Assembly: GCA_043228905.1 (NCBI GenBank) | Contig: JBHGNT010000013.1 | Location: forward strand, 5,332,001-5,396,000 | Source of the DNA: Azolla caroliniana | Taxonomy: Eukaryota > Plantae > Polypodiophyta | Reading direction: 5' to 3' | Length of the DNA stretch: 64,000 bases | Shown here: positions 1 to 12,700 of the stretch, in pieces | Position numbering within the stretch: position 1 is the first letter of the stretch | Layout of the letters: each line of letters begins with the position of its first letter | The notes under the pieces: model-generated | Database searches by the model: none | Seen by the model: the letters and a program-made list of their open reading frames with translations, nothing else | What the model was told of the DNA's origin: nothing | Translations under genes and position numbers: made by a program

Positions 1-2785
1 CCAACCGAGCTAGAAGTCCTTCGAGCCTACATAGAGGAGAATTTGGAAAATGGTTTCATTTGGCATTCGAAATCTCCAGCCGGCGCACCCATTTTCTTCA
101 TCAAGAAAAAGGATGGATCACTTTGTCTCGTTGTAGATTACCATGGCTTGAATAAGGTCACCATCAGAAATAGTATGCACTTCCCCTTATGTCAAGTCTT
201 TTAGAACGGAACAATGGTGCAAGGTTCTTCACGAAAATCGACTTACGGGGATCATATAACCTCGTACGGATCCGACCGGGAAATGAATGGAAGACCGCAT
301 TTCGCACCAGATATGGGCACTTCGAGTATACGGTCATGCCATTCAGCCTCACTAATGCACCAACAGTCTTCCAACACATGGCAAATGATATATTCCAAGA
401 TCTCTTGGATGTTTGTTTGATCATCTATTTGGATGATCTACTGGTTTATTCGAAGACCCAAGAAGAGCATAATTCTCATGTATTGTTAGTACTAAAACGA
501 CTTCGAGAACATGGTCTTTATGCAAAGCTGGAAAAATGTAGTTTCGGGTGTAACCAGGTGGAATTTCTGGGCTATGTCATCTCCTCGGAGGGCATCTCCA
601 TGGATCCAGCTAAGGTCAAAACGGTGGTAAGTGGCAAACTCCACGTTCATTGCGAGATGTGCAATGCTTTTTAGGCTTTGCCAATTTCTACCGCAAGTTT
701 ATATAGGATTACTCAAAGCTTGTTCTGCATCTCACACAACTTACTAAGAAGGGACAATCGTTTATTTGGTCTGAAGAAGCGGACATGGCTTTTGAGAATC
801 TTAAGAAGGCATTTACATCGGGTCCTATTCTAGCTCACGTTGATTCGGAAAAACCATTCATCATGGAAGCGGACGCGTCGGATTTCACATTGGGTAGCAT
901 TCTGTCACAACAAGGTAATGATGAAAAGCTACATCCTGTGGCTTTCCACTCACGCAAGTTTTACGCCACCGAAATCAACTATGAAATTCATGATAAGGAG
1001 TTATTAGCAATAGTGGACTCTTTTACACAATGGAGGCATTTTCTAGAGGGATCCTCTCATCAAGTCACCATATTCAGTGATCACAAAGACCTTGCCTACT
1101 TTCAGAGTGCTCGTTGTTGCAGAAATCCGAGCCTGTGGGTCGGTCGAACGGGACCACTAGGGTCTTTGACCAAGGAGGCTGGATCAGGTGACTTGTGCTT
1201 GTAAGGAATCGAGCATTGTTTAGGTTTACAATCGGTTCGTTCTTGTTGTGGAAGATGCATGTATGGGTTGACTCATAGAGAGAGAGAGAGAGAGAGAGAA
1301 TATTTACTGCACCACAAAGATGTCGTGAAGCACGTGACACATGTGCCAAACATTGCGATGTGTGTGTTACACGTGCGTAGACAAGCACCAGCCTCTATCC
1401 GCAAGTGGTGATGGAGGATTGAAAGGATCATTCAAGACAATGGAACGACGGAAGGACTAGTGCATGCGAGAAATATTAAAGATAGATTGATAGATAGATA
1501 CGAACAAGACGAATTCCCGGTTTGAACTTTTGACTTCAAAGTTGAGATACAAGATACATTGCCAATGAGATAACTAAGATTTATTAATTACTATTGATTG
1601 CATACATTACCTGATTTCCTTTCCCTTCCTCTCCTTCTTATATAGATGGCCCCATGTGAGGGTGTAGTACATGCATACAATGCATCAAATGCATGCAATG
1701 CATGATGACCATGTACCTCATCCAAGCTCTCATGTACCAGTTGTTCGTGTGAAAAGTACAATGAAGAAAATAAGTTTCAAAGGAATAACCTAGTCTAATG
1801 GTATGTCAATTGCCTCCTATCTTAGAGGTGTAAGGTTCAAACCCTTACTTGCACCTCATTGTATGCGTTAAGCTTATTTTATATATTTGTGTAATGAACA
1901 CCTAAACACACATTACACGTGCACATTCATGTGTTAACATACACGTCTAACCATCACTCCTTTCATACGTATGCATATTGCATCTTCTCGATTTCCCTCG
2001 TTCCACGCGATTTTCACACTGTTGCCGAAAATTTCCACGACATCGTGTGTTAAATCGATGTCAAGCTCAGTGGGTCCAATTCCTCACATGTTTCGACTTC
2101 AAAATTACATATCGTCCGGGGAAGCACCAAGGGAAAGCAGATGCATTATCACGGCATTCGTATCTTGGGACCGGAACGACTGCAAGCAACACAAGTCTTC
2201 GGCATGCCCTTGGATTCCCACGTTATTGATACCATACGTGCGGACTTGAAGACAAATGCTTTCGCCCAAGCCATTCTAGCACAAATTGATCCCTCTCGAG
2301 CATCTTGTTCACAGTCTTGACAATTCGAATATCATGATGGATTACTATTCTTTAAGAAACTCTTGTATGTTCCTAATGGTTCTTGCCGCCTTCGTGTAGT
2401 CCAAAACTGTCATGACACATATACAACTGGGCATTTTGGTAGTACAACGATCATTGTTGTGGCCCTGTATGCGACAATTTGTCGAAGATTTTGTTCAGAC
2501 TTGTGATACATGTTACAGAGCAAAAATTCCAAGACATCATACATATGGTTTATTAGAACCATTAACCATTCCAAGCAAATCGTGGCAAATCTTCCAGTCT
2601 CATCACAAATCTTCCAGTCTCTAAGGGATTCAATGTGATTTTAACAGTAGTAGATCGATATACGAAGATGGCTCATTTCCTGCCATGTACTAAGGAAATC
2701 TCCAGTGAAGAAACCGTCGAAATTGTCATGCGTGAAGTATGTCGGCATCATGTCCTTCTTGATAATATCATCGACGATTGTGGAC
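1..2785 (+). mobile_element. Degenerate Ty3/gypsy (Tcn1-like chromovirus) pol: RT-RNaseH-integrase, interrupted by a solo LTR at 1115-2042
   Basis: [32 protein letters not shown] (189-674); DASD..NYEIHDKELLAI (785-1114); the frame resumes at 2047 with VLNR..YRPGK..KADALSR; integrase HHCC and VVDRYTKMAHF remnants at 2410-2780. Frameshifts and stops are present. Confidence 0.9.
1115..2042 (-). mobile_element. Solo LTR of the gypsy family also present at 41241 (related to 36089 and 62624)
   Basis: TG...CA ends, flanked by a perfect TCGT duplication (1111-1114 / 2043-2046). Removing it restores the RNaseH frame. Sequence is shared with the LTR at 41241-42227. Confidence 0.85.
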
Positions 2786-3795
2786 CCGAGTTCACATGAC
2801 ATCCCATGAGGATTGGTTTAAGGAGATACGGAAGCTCGAACGACCCGGCTATGGAGAAACCGGGGATGACACGATCCACCCCATATTGCATGTCGGCAAT
2901 GTCTTGTTTGGCGAAGAGGGCAATCAGACCTACATCAAAAATGTCTTGCATGTTCCGACAATAACAAAGAATCTGGTCTCTGTCTACCAGATTGTGGAAA
3001 AGGGCATGCAAGTTGGGTTCAACAATGGAGGCTTCTTCATCGGAAGCTCGAACGACCCGGCTATGGAGAAACCGGGGATGACACGATCCACCCCATATTG
3101 CATGTCGGCAATGTCCTGTTTGGCGAAGAGGGCAATCAGACCTACATCAAAAATGTCTTGCATGTTCCGACAATAACAAAGAATCTGGTCTCTATCTACC
3201 AGATTGTGGAAAAGGGCATGCAAGTTGGGTTCAACAATGGAGGCTTCTTCATCGAAAAGGAAGGCCGACTTATCGCTCGTGGTCGGAGAGAAGGTTGAAT
3301 GTTCATTCTCAATTATGACGAGATGAAATCGGCAATGTATGCCAAGGGACGAAAGGCCGACACTGACATAGAGTTGTGCCACAAACGAATTGACCACATC
3401 CATCTCCAAAAGCTCAAAGGAATGCGGTCGAAAGGAGTCTTCATTGGAGTTCCGTCTTTTACCGAAATGGAGAATATCAGGATATTCCGTTCAATAGCCT
3501 ATGTACATATTCCCGATGAGAAATGGCAGAAGATCGATCCCAAGTCGGAGAAATGTATACTCGTAGGGTACTCACTCGAGCAAAAAGGGTATAAGTGCTT
3601 CAACCCTTCCATCAAGAAGGTACGAGTGAGTAGGGATCTCGTATTCGACGAGTCGACATCCTGGTGTACAATCGAATCAGCCCCATCCGACATAGTCGAA
3701 ACTGAGTTCATCACAAATGTGGAGGAGGATGATCTATTGAGGCTCACATCAGACGAAAGTCCAATCTCAACCAAGTTGAGTGGACCATAAGAAAC
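2786..3795 (+). mobile_element. Ty1/copia fragment (protease, GAG-pre-integrase, SH3; integrase core deleted)
   Basis: ETGDD..NVLHVPTITKNLVS, CHKRIDH, KIDPKSEKCILVGYS..VSRDLVFDE. Homologous to the copia elements at 24018 and 52214. Confidence 0.85.
2829..3252 (+). repeat. 212-bp direct tandem duplication inside the copia fragment
   Basis: cggaagctcgaacgacccgg... starts at both 2829 and 3041; the copies are near-identical. Confidence 0.9.
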
Positions 3796-4267
3796 ACGTT
3801 CGCGTTCACAAGTGGAAGGATCGCACATAAATGGAAGGATAAGGAATATTTTGATTGATTTTAGTACTTTTTCAATGATTTTACAAAACACATTGATACC
3901 AGTATCATACATGTTGAAATATACTATGAAAAAGGTTAAAAATCCACTATTTTCGTGATTTAGAAATAAATAAAAAAAGAGGAATTTCAAAAAGTTACAT
4001 TCTTAATTTATATCACAAACTTTACAACTAATGTTATTTTATAAGAAACGATTTTTTAGAAATCATAAGAATTCAAAACACATGCTTTTATATTACTCGA
4101 TTTGTTACAAGTGGAATGTAGTTACACTTAATAGCCAAAAATACATTCACGATCACTCCTTTACGGACAATCACTACTATAACTAATATACAATGACGAT
4201 TCCTCCTCGTCATCCTCGAATGTACCAATCAGTGCATTATCTATAGCATAAACCAAATGGTTTGACT

Positions 4268-6926
4268 CTAGATTATATGTACCAGATCTCCTTTGCCTTT
4301 GACTCGAGCCAACTTGTAGACCTGGTAATTTTCTTTTATTATATCTATTGTTGACTTCCTTAATCGTCCGACTTTTGTACGCGTGAAGTCATACATGATG
4401 ATATCCACATCAGAAATATCAAGGGTCGAGATGTTACGAATGTTTCGCTTCCTCTTCCTACCTCCCCTTCTCGTTGGGCATTCAATCATCTCCAATGTAT
4501 ACTTACATGTAAAAGCATTTGAACTTCTAGAGTTGTTCCAATGAACGTTTATAGACTTGATCATGTTTTCTATTTCATGCATTAGCACTTCTAGAATTTT
4601 ACCAACCCAAAATTGGTGGCCATGTGAGTTCTCATCAGTCGGCGTTGCAATCAACATCCCCGCCGCGAGCTCTTGCAAATTGTCTTGCCATCTAGCTTCG
4701 GCTGCTTTGGTCATCCTTGGTCCCACATAAATGTCTCTTTGTTGTGGATGGACCAAACTGTCATTAATCGCATTTGCTGGTTGCTCCAGAGTTTTATTTA
4801 CACGATCATGTTGTAGCGACCATGTGAATGGCATTTCCAAATTCCAATTATCACCAAATACACAATTGTCTATAATTCCTTTCTGATCACTAAAAAATAC
4901 ATCCTACCATGACGTGTCTTGTTGTGCGGCATATTTCTTGGCGGCCTCAATATGCTTTCTTTTTTCTTCCAAGGCTTGGAGCCATAACCGTTTTTGTTCG
5001 GATACCAAGTCAATATGCAACTGTCCTTTCTTCTCAATTGGCATTTGTTTAGCTCCATGGACAATTGTACTCGGCATACAAAGTAATAACTGGCAACCAC
5101 CTTCAAGTTCCCATGTTGTAGAAGATGAATATTGTTTAGCATACAAAAGCGTAGAACCAGTTATTTCATTTTTCTTTATCATAAAAATGTCATTGAAGCT
5201 TATATTGTTTAACTTGGCGAGCACTTTAACATTCCCAACACCCCCATTTGATATATATCTCTTAAAGTCATATACCTCTTTCAAGTGTAACACTTTTGGG
5301 CATGGTGTATATGCATCACAATGACATCAAATAGTTTAGGTAATGTGAAAGCATCATGCCGAGACAACTGTCTGGAGAATGTGCTAAACATCTAATCTAT
5401 ATGATCATGTGTGTGGCCAACCAAAAGAAAATTGACTTTCACTTTTCTAAACAATCCTTGGTTGAACAACATACTTAGATAGCCAAACACAGTTGAATTT
5501 TTGTTCTCTCTACCAGTATTGTCCAGTTGAATGTATAGAACAAGGGGGAACGGTTGGCCCCAAGACAATAAAACTCGGTGAATCACTGTAACTGTTAGGT
5601 TAGGGTCATTGTGAACATTGGGGTATGTAATGAAGACGTGAGGTCCAACTGACCTATTATAAGCCAAGCATCCCACCAAGTGCATTTGAACAACGCACTC
5701 ATCATTGACGTCTTTGGGGAGCCTCCGCATATGCGGCAAACACGTCTTCTTTTGGTCCATGCCATCTATCATTAAGCACATGTATTGTTCGGGCCTCTTC
5801 AAACACTTCTCTCTATGATGCATCTCCTTCTTTCGTTCTAACGATTGTGCCTCATGATGCTCCTGTAGTAACTTCTTACTCATATCCTTAGCCAAACTTT
5901 TAAGATTTGCACAAATGGAGCAATACCCCATCCCATGCGTACTTTACGTGGAATGATAACATTTGAAAATCGAGCTCTCCATAATCTTGTGAATTGGCTA
6001 TATGTGACAGATTTATTATGTGAGCCCACCATATCAGATCGATAGACATCATAAACTTCCCGACGTGTGTAATTATTAGAGAGCTGCATCCTACCTGTAG
6101 TGGGCATTACTTCACAATTTAACTGAAAGTAACTTTTCATCCAACCAATAGCATGTCTTCCAATTACATCTTTCATACTTGGAACCTCTTTACAATTGAG
6201 CATCTGATCCCCGCTAAGTAGACGTTGTTGTACTCTATGTGGCCGCATGTTACTAACACATAATGCAATTTTGAATGCAACTCTACATATCTGTTGTGCA
6301 TGGAAGATATAATACTCGAATGATACTTTGATCCTTGTACATTTGTTAGGCACTAGTTGCATATGTGACCCGAGGTAAGTGTCTTGCTCATCACCAGTCA
6401 TCGAAAAATAGTATCGCCTTAATTCTCGCAACTTTGATTTTCCAATCATAGACATACAACCACGAGCACAACATATTTTTTTGACATCAAATCCAATCTG
6501 CTTATTTGATGTCACCAAGTTAAATCTAGCCAGATGAATTCTTCATGGGATTCCGCTAATATGCATAGGGCTTCCGGATTTCTCTTCCTGCATAGAAGTT
6601 GGTGTAACCTTGTTACTATCCAATTCTTTGTTGGGACCATCGCCCATGATATTCGATGTTTCATTGGCACTACCTTCATTCTCCGTATCTTTATTAATAT
6701 CATATTCGTCAATAGAGAACTCTTCACATGTGTCATTATTCACATGCGTTGTAGGTGAAGATGAGCTCAGACAATATTCTTCGATAGAAAATGGTGATTC
6801 TGTCGACAGACAATATTCTTCGATAGAAAATGGTGAGTTTGTCGACAGACAATACTCTTCGGTAGAAAACATAGAGTCTAATGACAAACAATATTCTTCA
6901 ATCGAGAACGGTGAGTCTTCACTCAT
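4268..6926 (-). pseudogene. Frameshifted DDE transposase of a Sola1-like DNA transposon (superfamily tentative)
   Basis: Consecutive minus ORFs 6926-6543, 6518-5880, 5931-5392, 5293-4904 and 4840-4268 carry CC..GC, C..C, IDGMDQKKT, QLDNTGRENKN and FLLVGHTHDHID motifs. A homologous copy lies at 44772-46640. Confidence 0.8.
6768..6920 (-). repeat. 39-bp coding repeat, 4 copies (FSIEEYCLS...), at the transposase N-terminus
   Basis: agacaatattcttcgatagaaaatggtga recurs with a 39-bp period. Confidence 0.8.
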
Positions 6927-7273
6927 GGCGTAAGGTCCACACAGAGCTCTTTAAGTTATGTGCTTGGGCTAACATAAAAAATTGATAAGCTCCTCTCTAA
7001 ACATAAACTCCTCTCTAAACAAAAGCTCCCTCAATATAATGTCTATATTATTTAATATTATATTAATACAATAAATAAAGATATTATTTTTAATATAATA
7101 ATTGTATTCACAATATTAATAATTACTTAAACTAGTCAGTATAAAGTTAAATCAATTATTGTTTATACCTTATTAATCTGATAATATATAATTTAAATTA
7201 AATTTACTTTAGCTATCAAGTGTAATATAATTACAATCATTACCAAGCCATATATATGTTGGTTTAAAATAAA

Positions 7274-7743
7274 AATCATTGGTTAATTAATGGCACCCAT
7301 ATTTAATATAGAACTTCTCAATCATTGGTTAATTCATGCCCACCATTTTAAATATAAGCCTTTTTCAATCATTGGTTCATTCATGGCCACATCTTTAATA
7401 CAAAGCAATTAAGAGTCATAAAAATGTTGCTTTGAGTATTCAATCATTGGTTCATTCATGAACCTCTATCATTGTTTCCTTCATGACCTTCAAAGTCATT
7501 GTATATTAGTTTGACAATAAAATAATCATTAATATGTTAGTTTGAGTATTTAATCATTGATGCATTCATAAGCATCATTTAATTCAAATCCATTAGAGAG
7601 TGATTGGTACACTCAAGATTATGTACTAAATAAAGTAACTCTGGTTAAAGTGATTGTGGTTACTAACTAACTAACCTTAACCTTGCCAACCTTGGTTAAA
7701 GTGACTGTGGTTACTTTAATCACTGTGGTCAATCCCTATAAAT
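7274..7743. promoter_or_regulatory. Candidate bidirectional promoter: four AATCATTGGTT (reverse CCAAT) motifs and a TATA box
   Basis: AATCATTGGTT at 7274, 7320, 7367 and 7442; TATAAAT at 7737-7743, about 110 bp upstream of the ATG at 7852. It lies between divergent genes. Confidence 0.55.
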
Positions 7744-7932
7744 AGGAAGACCTCATCATATCTCAATCACACACGCAGAACAAAGCATAAGAGCACACAG
7801 AGCACAAAGCACCAAATTGGGATCTCCCCCTAAGCATCGACAACGTCAACCATGTCTTCAAAGAAAATCGAGCGCCAAGACTCCACGTAAGCGTTTGACA
7901 CTCTGGACATTTTTGTAAATATGTTTTAGCAC

Positions 7933-8186
7933 TCAAGAACTCGATACGCCATATCAAATTCCTGTTTAAAGTTTGTGTTTTGAACAGGTATGCCGTATTG
8001 AGTTCTTATATAAAGTTTGCGTTTTCAACAAGAACTCGATACGCCGTATCGAGTTCTTGTATTAAGTTCGTGTTTTATACAGGAACTCGATACGGCATAT
8101 CGAGTTCTTGTATAAAACACGAACTTTATACAGGAACTCAATACGGCGCATCGAGTTACTGTATAAAACACAAATTTTAAACAAGA
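7933..8186. repeat. Array of about 5 palindromic units (ACAAGAACTCGATAC-N3-GTATCGAGTTCTTGT) in intron 1 of the MTase gene
   Basis: The hairpin core recurs at about 7935, 7985, 8028, 8078 and 8128. A larger inverted repeat (aagttcgtgttttatac...gtataaaacacgaactt) is centred near 8095. Confidence 0.8.
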
Positions 8187-9770
8187 ATATTGTGTCTTTG
8201 GGGGAACAATTTAGTATACGTGTGAAAAGATACCAAAATTTATGTCCAATTCAGACTTTTTTTGTGTTATTTCCTATATTTTGTAACAACTAGTGACCTT
8301 ACTTAAAAAGGTTTTATGACCTATAATAGCTTAAAATAATAGAAAATAACCCATGAATTACCTTTATGATGCCAAATTTAAGTCTATCATATGCAAATTC
8401 TCTATAATATGGATATGGAATCAATATAAGCCATACCTACCCTTCAATATGATACATATCCTTGTATAATTATTAAGATATATAATATTCGAAGTTGAAT
8501 AGCCCTTACTAGATTTAAATTCACAATAAAGGTCTATCACGTTCATAGAAAGTATGATTGATATTTAGAGTTTAGCACAAATCACTTGCTAGTTTTTGTC
8601 TTCATCTACTTAATATATAACCTTAATCTAGGTAACCACCTAACTTATGTTTTCGCATGTCCTTTCTTAAATAGGTCGTTTGAGAACTTGTTAGACCGGC
8701 CTGTGAAGAAGATAATGCTCCGGATTCAGGGTTCTCCAATTGAGACCCAGAAACTAATAGTTCCTTAGAACATGAAGAGAGGAAAAAAGCTTCTCTTCAA
8801 CGAGGAGACAAAATCTTAACCATCCGATGATGTCAGCCAAAAGAAAATGTTAGCGGCTACTAGTGGTGAGGACCTTCCTGATCGTAATCTAATAGACAAG
8901 GAATGGTGTATGCAATACGTCGACTCCAAGAAAAAAGTCGTGTTGTATATAGCAAAGAAGAAGGGTGACGGTCAGCTTGAAAGTGAAACCGCATTTATGT
9001 ATGCCCGTATTCTAAGATTTGACTACAAAGATTCAAATTCAGCCAACATTCTTGTAATGATAGAGTGCTCTAAGGGGGTATGTAAAGTGTACCTTTCTGA
9101 AGATCTACTAGTAAAGGAATCTTGTGGGCCAGAATCTTTTAAAAAAGATCTAGAAAGCTCACAAAACCTTATTGTCACCTTGAGGTCTTATATACAAGGC
9201 CATGTAACTCTAAGGGAGCCCTTGCCCTCCCCATTGAAGGCCCCGAAAAGGGCATTTAAAGTGCAATCAAGACCACCCAAAAAGAAGACCAGGGTAAAAG
9301 CATGCGAGTGGAAACACTATTATAGCTAATTAGCTACTAAAATGGCCATAGCTAATTAGCTATTTGTTTAGCTAGTCTTTCTTGTAGGAAAATCAAATAT
9401 TTGAAAAACTAATTTATGAAAAAACTCAAATATTTGAACTTCTGTTTCAGACGTAGTGGAACTTGGGGAATATCACCATCATCTAAGGTCGACTTCAATG
9501 TCATCAATTTCCTGTTTAGCCTAAGTCTGATTTTGAACGCAGATGGAGTACTCAGAGCACGAACGCAGACGTAGCTCCCGCAACAGCAAAAAATCGACAT
9601 TGCAGATTGAGAGCTACAACACAGAACCCGCTCGATCATCGTCCAGGTATGTTTCAGTTACAGAAACCCCAAACATTTGTTTTTTCTTTTTGACTACTGT
9701 CTGAACTTTGGTGCCGATTCATATTTCCCCAAAATCGAATAGGGCAAAGTCCTTGGAGTCCCATACAAGG

Positions 9771-12700
9771 ATGTCTCGCAAATCGGGGAGTAGCAACAGG
9801 TGTGTTTATATTACTTTTTTTGTGTTTAATCCTGTCTTTAGTGATTAGGGTTTGTGATTGAAATTTCTGATTAGGGTTTGTGATTGAAATTTCTGATTAG
9901 GGTTTTTGATTATAAATTTCTGATTAGAATTTTTGAATAGGGTTTCTGGTTACAAATTTTGATTACAAATTAGAATTTCTGAATAGGGTTTTTGTTTATA
10001 AATTTCTGCTTAGGATTTCTGATTAGGGTTTGTGATTGAAATTTTTTATTAGGGTTTCTGATTGAAATTTCTGATTAGGGTTTTTGATTATAAATTTCTG
10101 ATTAGAATTTCTGAATAAGGTTTCTGGTTACAAACTTCTGATTACAGATTTTGATTAGGGTTTCTGATTTCAAACTTCTGATTACAGATTTTGATTAGGT
10201 TAAGTTAAAGATTTTGCACCATTTTTGTTGTTGTTGATTGGGGTTTTTGATTCTCACATATTCTGATTTTGCACTATTTCTGATTTCTGAAATGATATTT
10301 CAGATGGCTCGTTCCTCCGTATACGAGAGTGCTAAACTTCGCAAAATTTTGCGAGACAAAGGAGGACTTCCACAACACCTATGGTCTGTCACTCGAGGGT
10401 GTTGACCCTGCTGTCCTAAGTGATAAATTGATCAGTGATATAGACTGGATGACAGTATATACAGTGCCTAGAGTCAAAGGCAAGGTCAAGCTGAAGCATG
10501 TACGAGCCGACTTGTACGATGACTGCATGAGACTGCACCAGAAAGTTCATCAGGAGATCCCAGTCAACAATGAGTTGTCAGTTTCATTTGCTAGAGCATT
10601 TGCATATGAGTACTGCAAAACAGCGAAGGAATCTAGAGACCCTGAAATGTATAGGGTAGCTTGGGCAGTCTATGGTGAGGCATCGGTAAAAAGATGCCGA
10701 AAGATGGGGACCTTGGCACAAAAAATAGACAGATTTTGGAGCATGGCAGCTGTTGATGCAACTGCCGACTCCCAGCAAGACCGGGGGCATACACCACACC
10801 GACACCCAAGGAAAGCCAATGTCGATGATACAGGTGAGACATTGGTTAGCTATATGCTAAAAAATGTCCATGAAGCCTGTGAGACATTGGCATTTTTTAA
10901 GACTGATTTAGAGAAAGCCACAATGGCTTCTGCAATGGAGAGCAAAGTTACTTCTGCTGTTACAACAATTAGAAATAAGATTCAGGTAACTATTGTTTTG
11001 CTGGTATGTGATTGTGTTATAAATAACGGGTAAAATGTGCTAATCAAGCATTATCTGGAATAGGTTGCGCAACAGGAGCTTGAATTAGAGGGGCCACTGG
11101 ATCCCCAGCGTAAAATAGAACTGCAAATAGAGATCCAGGTTCTTTCAATGAACCTGGACCTTCTAGGTGTAAATACTGTTGCAGATTACAATTTGGATAA
11201 GCTTCAAGTAAGTTAACGATTCCTGAGCAAAGTTGGTGTATCTTTCAACAACAAGAATAATTATTCGGTAAATTTCTCTGTTGCGTTGAAGGAACAATAC
11301 ATTCATCAAGAACAGGTAGTTAGCTGCCTTAAGAAGAAGCTACATTTTGTGGAGGGAATGGTAAGGACCAGACAGGATTTGGACCTGAACATTCTTGCTC
11401 CCTTACCAAATGAAGTAGAACCAGAAAATGATTTATTGACAGTTCAAGCACGTTGCATCGCTTGCGGGTTAGGTGTGGAGGACAAAACTGCGTCTTTGTT
11501 GGTTCACCTACAACCATGCAACCACACATACCATCTGCTTTGTTTTCAACATGCCTGTCGAATTGCTGCATTCTGTTTGGGAGATTGCAGTACAACTCTA
11601 CCAAATGAGTGGAGAAAACAAACAGGTATACCATACTGTAGCTAATAAGCTTAGTCTTTTCTAATTAGCTATCCTACTAGCTAATTAGCTACTGGCAGCT
11701 AATGAGCTACTAGCTAATTAGCTATCCTAGTAGCTAATTAGCTATGGTACTAGCTAATTAGCTAGTACCATAGTTGTGTAAAAAAGCTAAATAGCTATCC
11801 TACTAGCTAATTAGCCACTGGCAACTAATTAGCTATCCTAGTAACTAATTAGCTACTGCCATAGTTGTGTAAAGTAGCTAATAAGCTATCCTAGTAGCTA
11901 GTTAGCTATGGTACTAGCTAATTAGCTAGTACCATAGTTGTGTAAAAAAGCTAATTAGCTACTGGCAACTAATTAGCTATCCTACTAGCTAATTAGCTAT
12001 CCTACTAGCTAATTAGCTACCATAGTAGCTAATTAGCTACTGACATAGTTGTGTAAAGTAGCTAATAAGCTATCCTAGTAGCTAGTTAGCTATGGTACTA
12101 GCTAATTAGCTAGTACCATAGTTGTGTAAAAAAGCTAATTAGCTATCCTACTAGCTAATTAGCTACTGGCAACTAATTAGCTATCCTACTAGCTAATTAG
12201 CTATCCTACTAGCTAATTAGCTACCATAGTAGCTAATTAGCTACTGACATAGTTGTGTAAAGTAGCTAATAAGCTATCCTAGTAGCTAGTTAGCTATGGT
12301 ACTAGCTAATTAGCTAGTACCATAGTTGTCTACTGGCAGCTAATTAGCTATCCTACTAGCTAATTAGCTACTGGCAACTAATTAGCTATCCTACTAGCTA
12401 ATTAGCTATCATAGTAGCTAATTAGCTACTGACATAGTTGTGTAAAGTAGCTAATAAGCTATCCTAGTAGCTAGTTAGCTATGGTACTAGCTAATTAGCT
12501 AGTACCATAGTTGTGTAAAAAAGCTAATTAGCTATCCTACTAGCTAATTAGCTATTGGCAACTAATTAGCTATCCTACTAGCTAATTAGCTATCCTACTA
12601 GCTAATTAGCTATCATAGTAGCTAATTAGCTACTGACATAGTTGTGTAAAGTAGCTAATTAGCTATCCTAGTAGCTAATTAGCTACTGGCAGCTAATTAG

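Noticed and set aside
3796-3830. Precise terminus or TIR of the first Sola1-like element
   Set aside because: The boundary with the copia fragment is near here, but no partner TIR or TSD is visible in the window, so ends were not called.
9842-10200. True or interstitial telomere
   Set aside because: The units are degenerate 11-13-mers, not (TTTAGGG)n or (TTAGGG)n tracts, and they lie inside a predicted intron.
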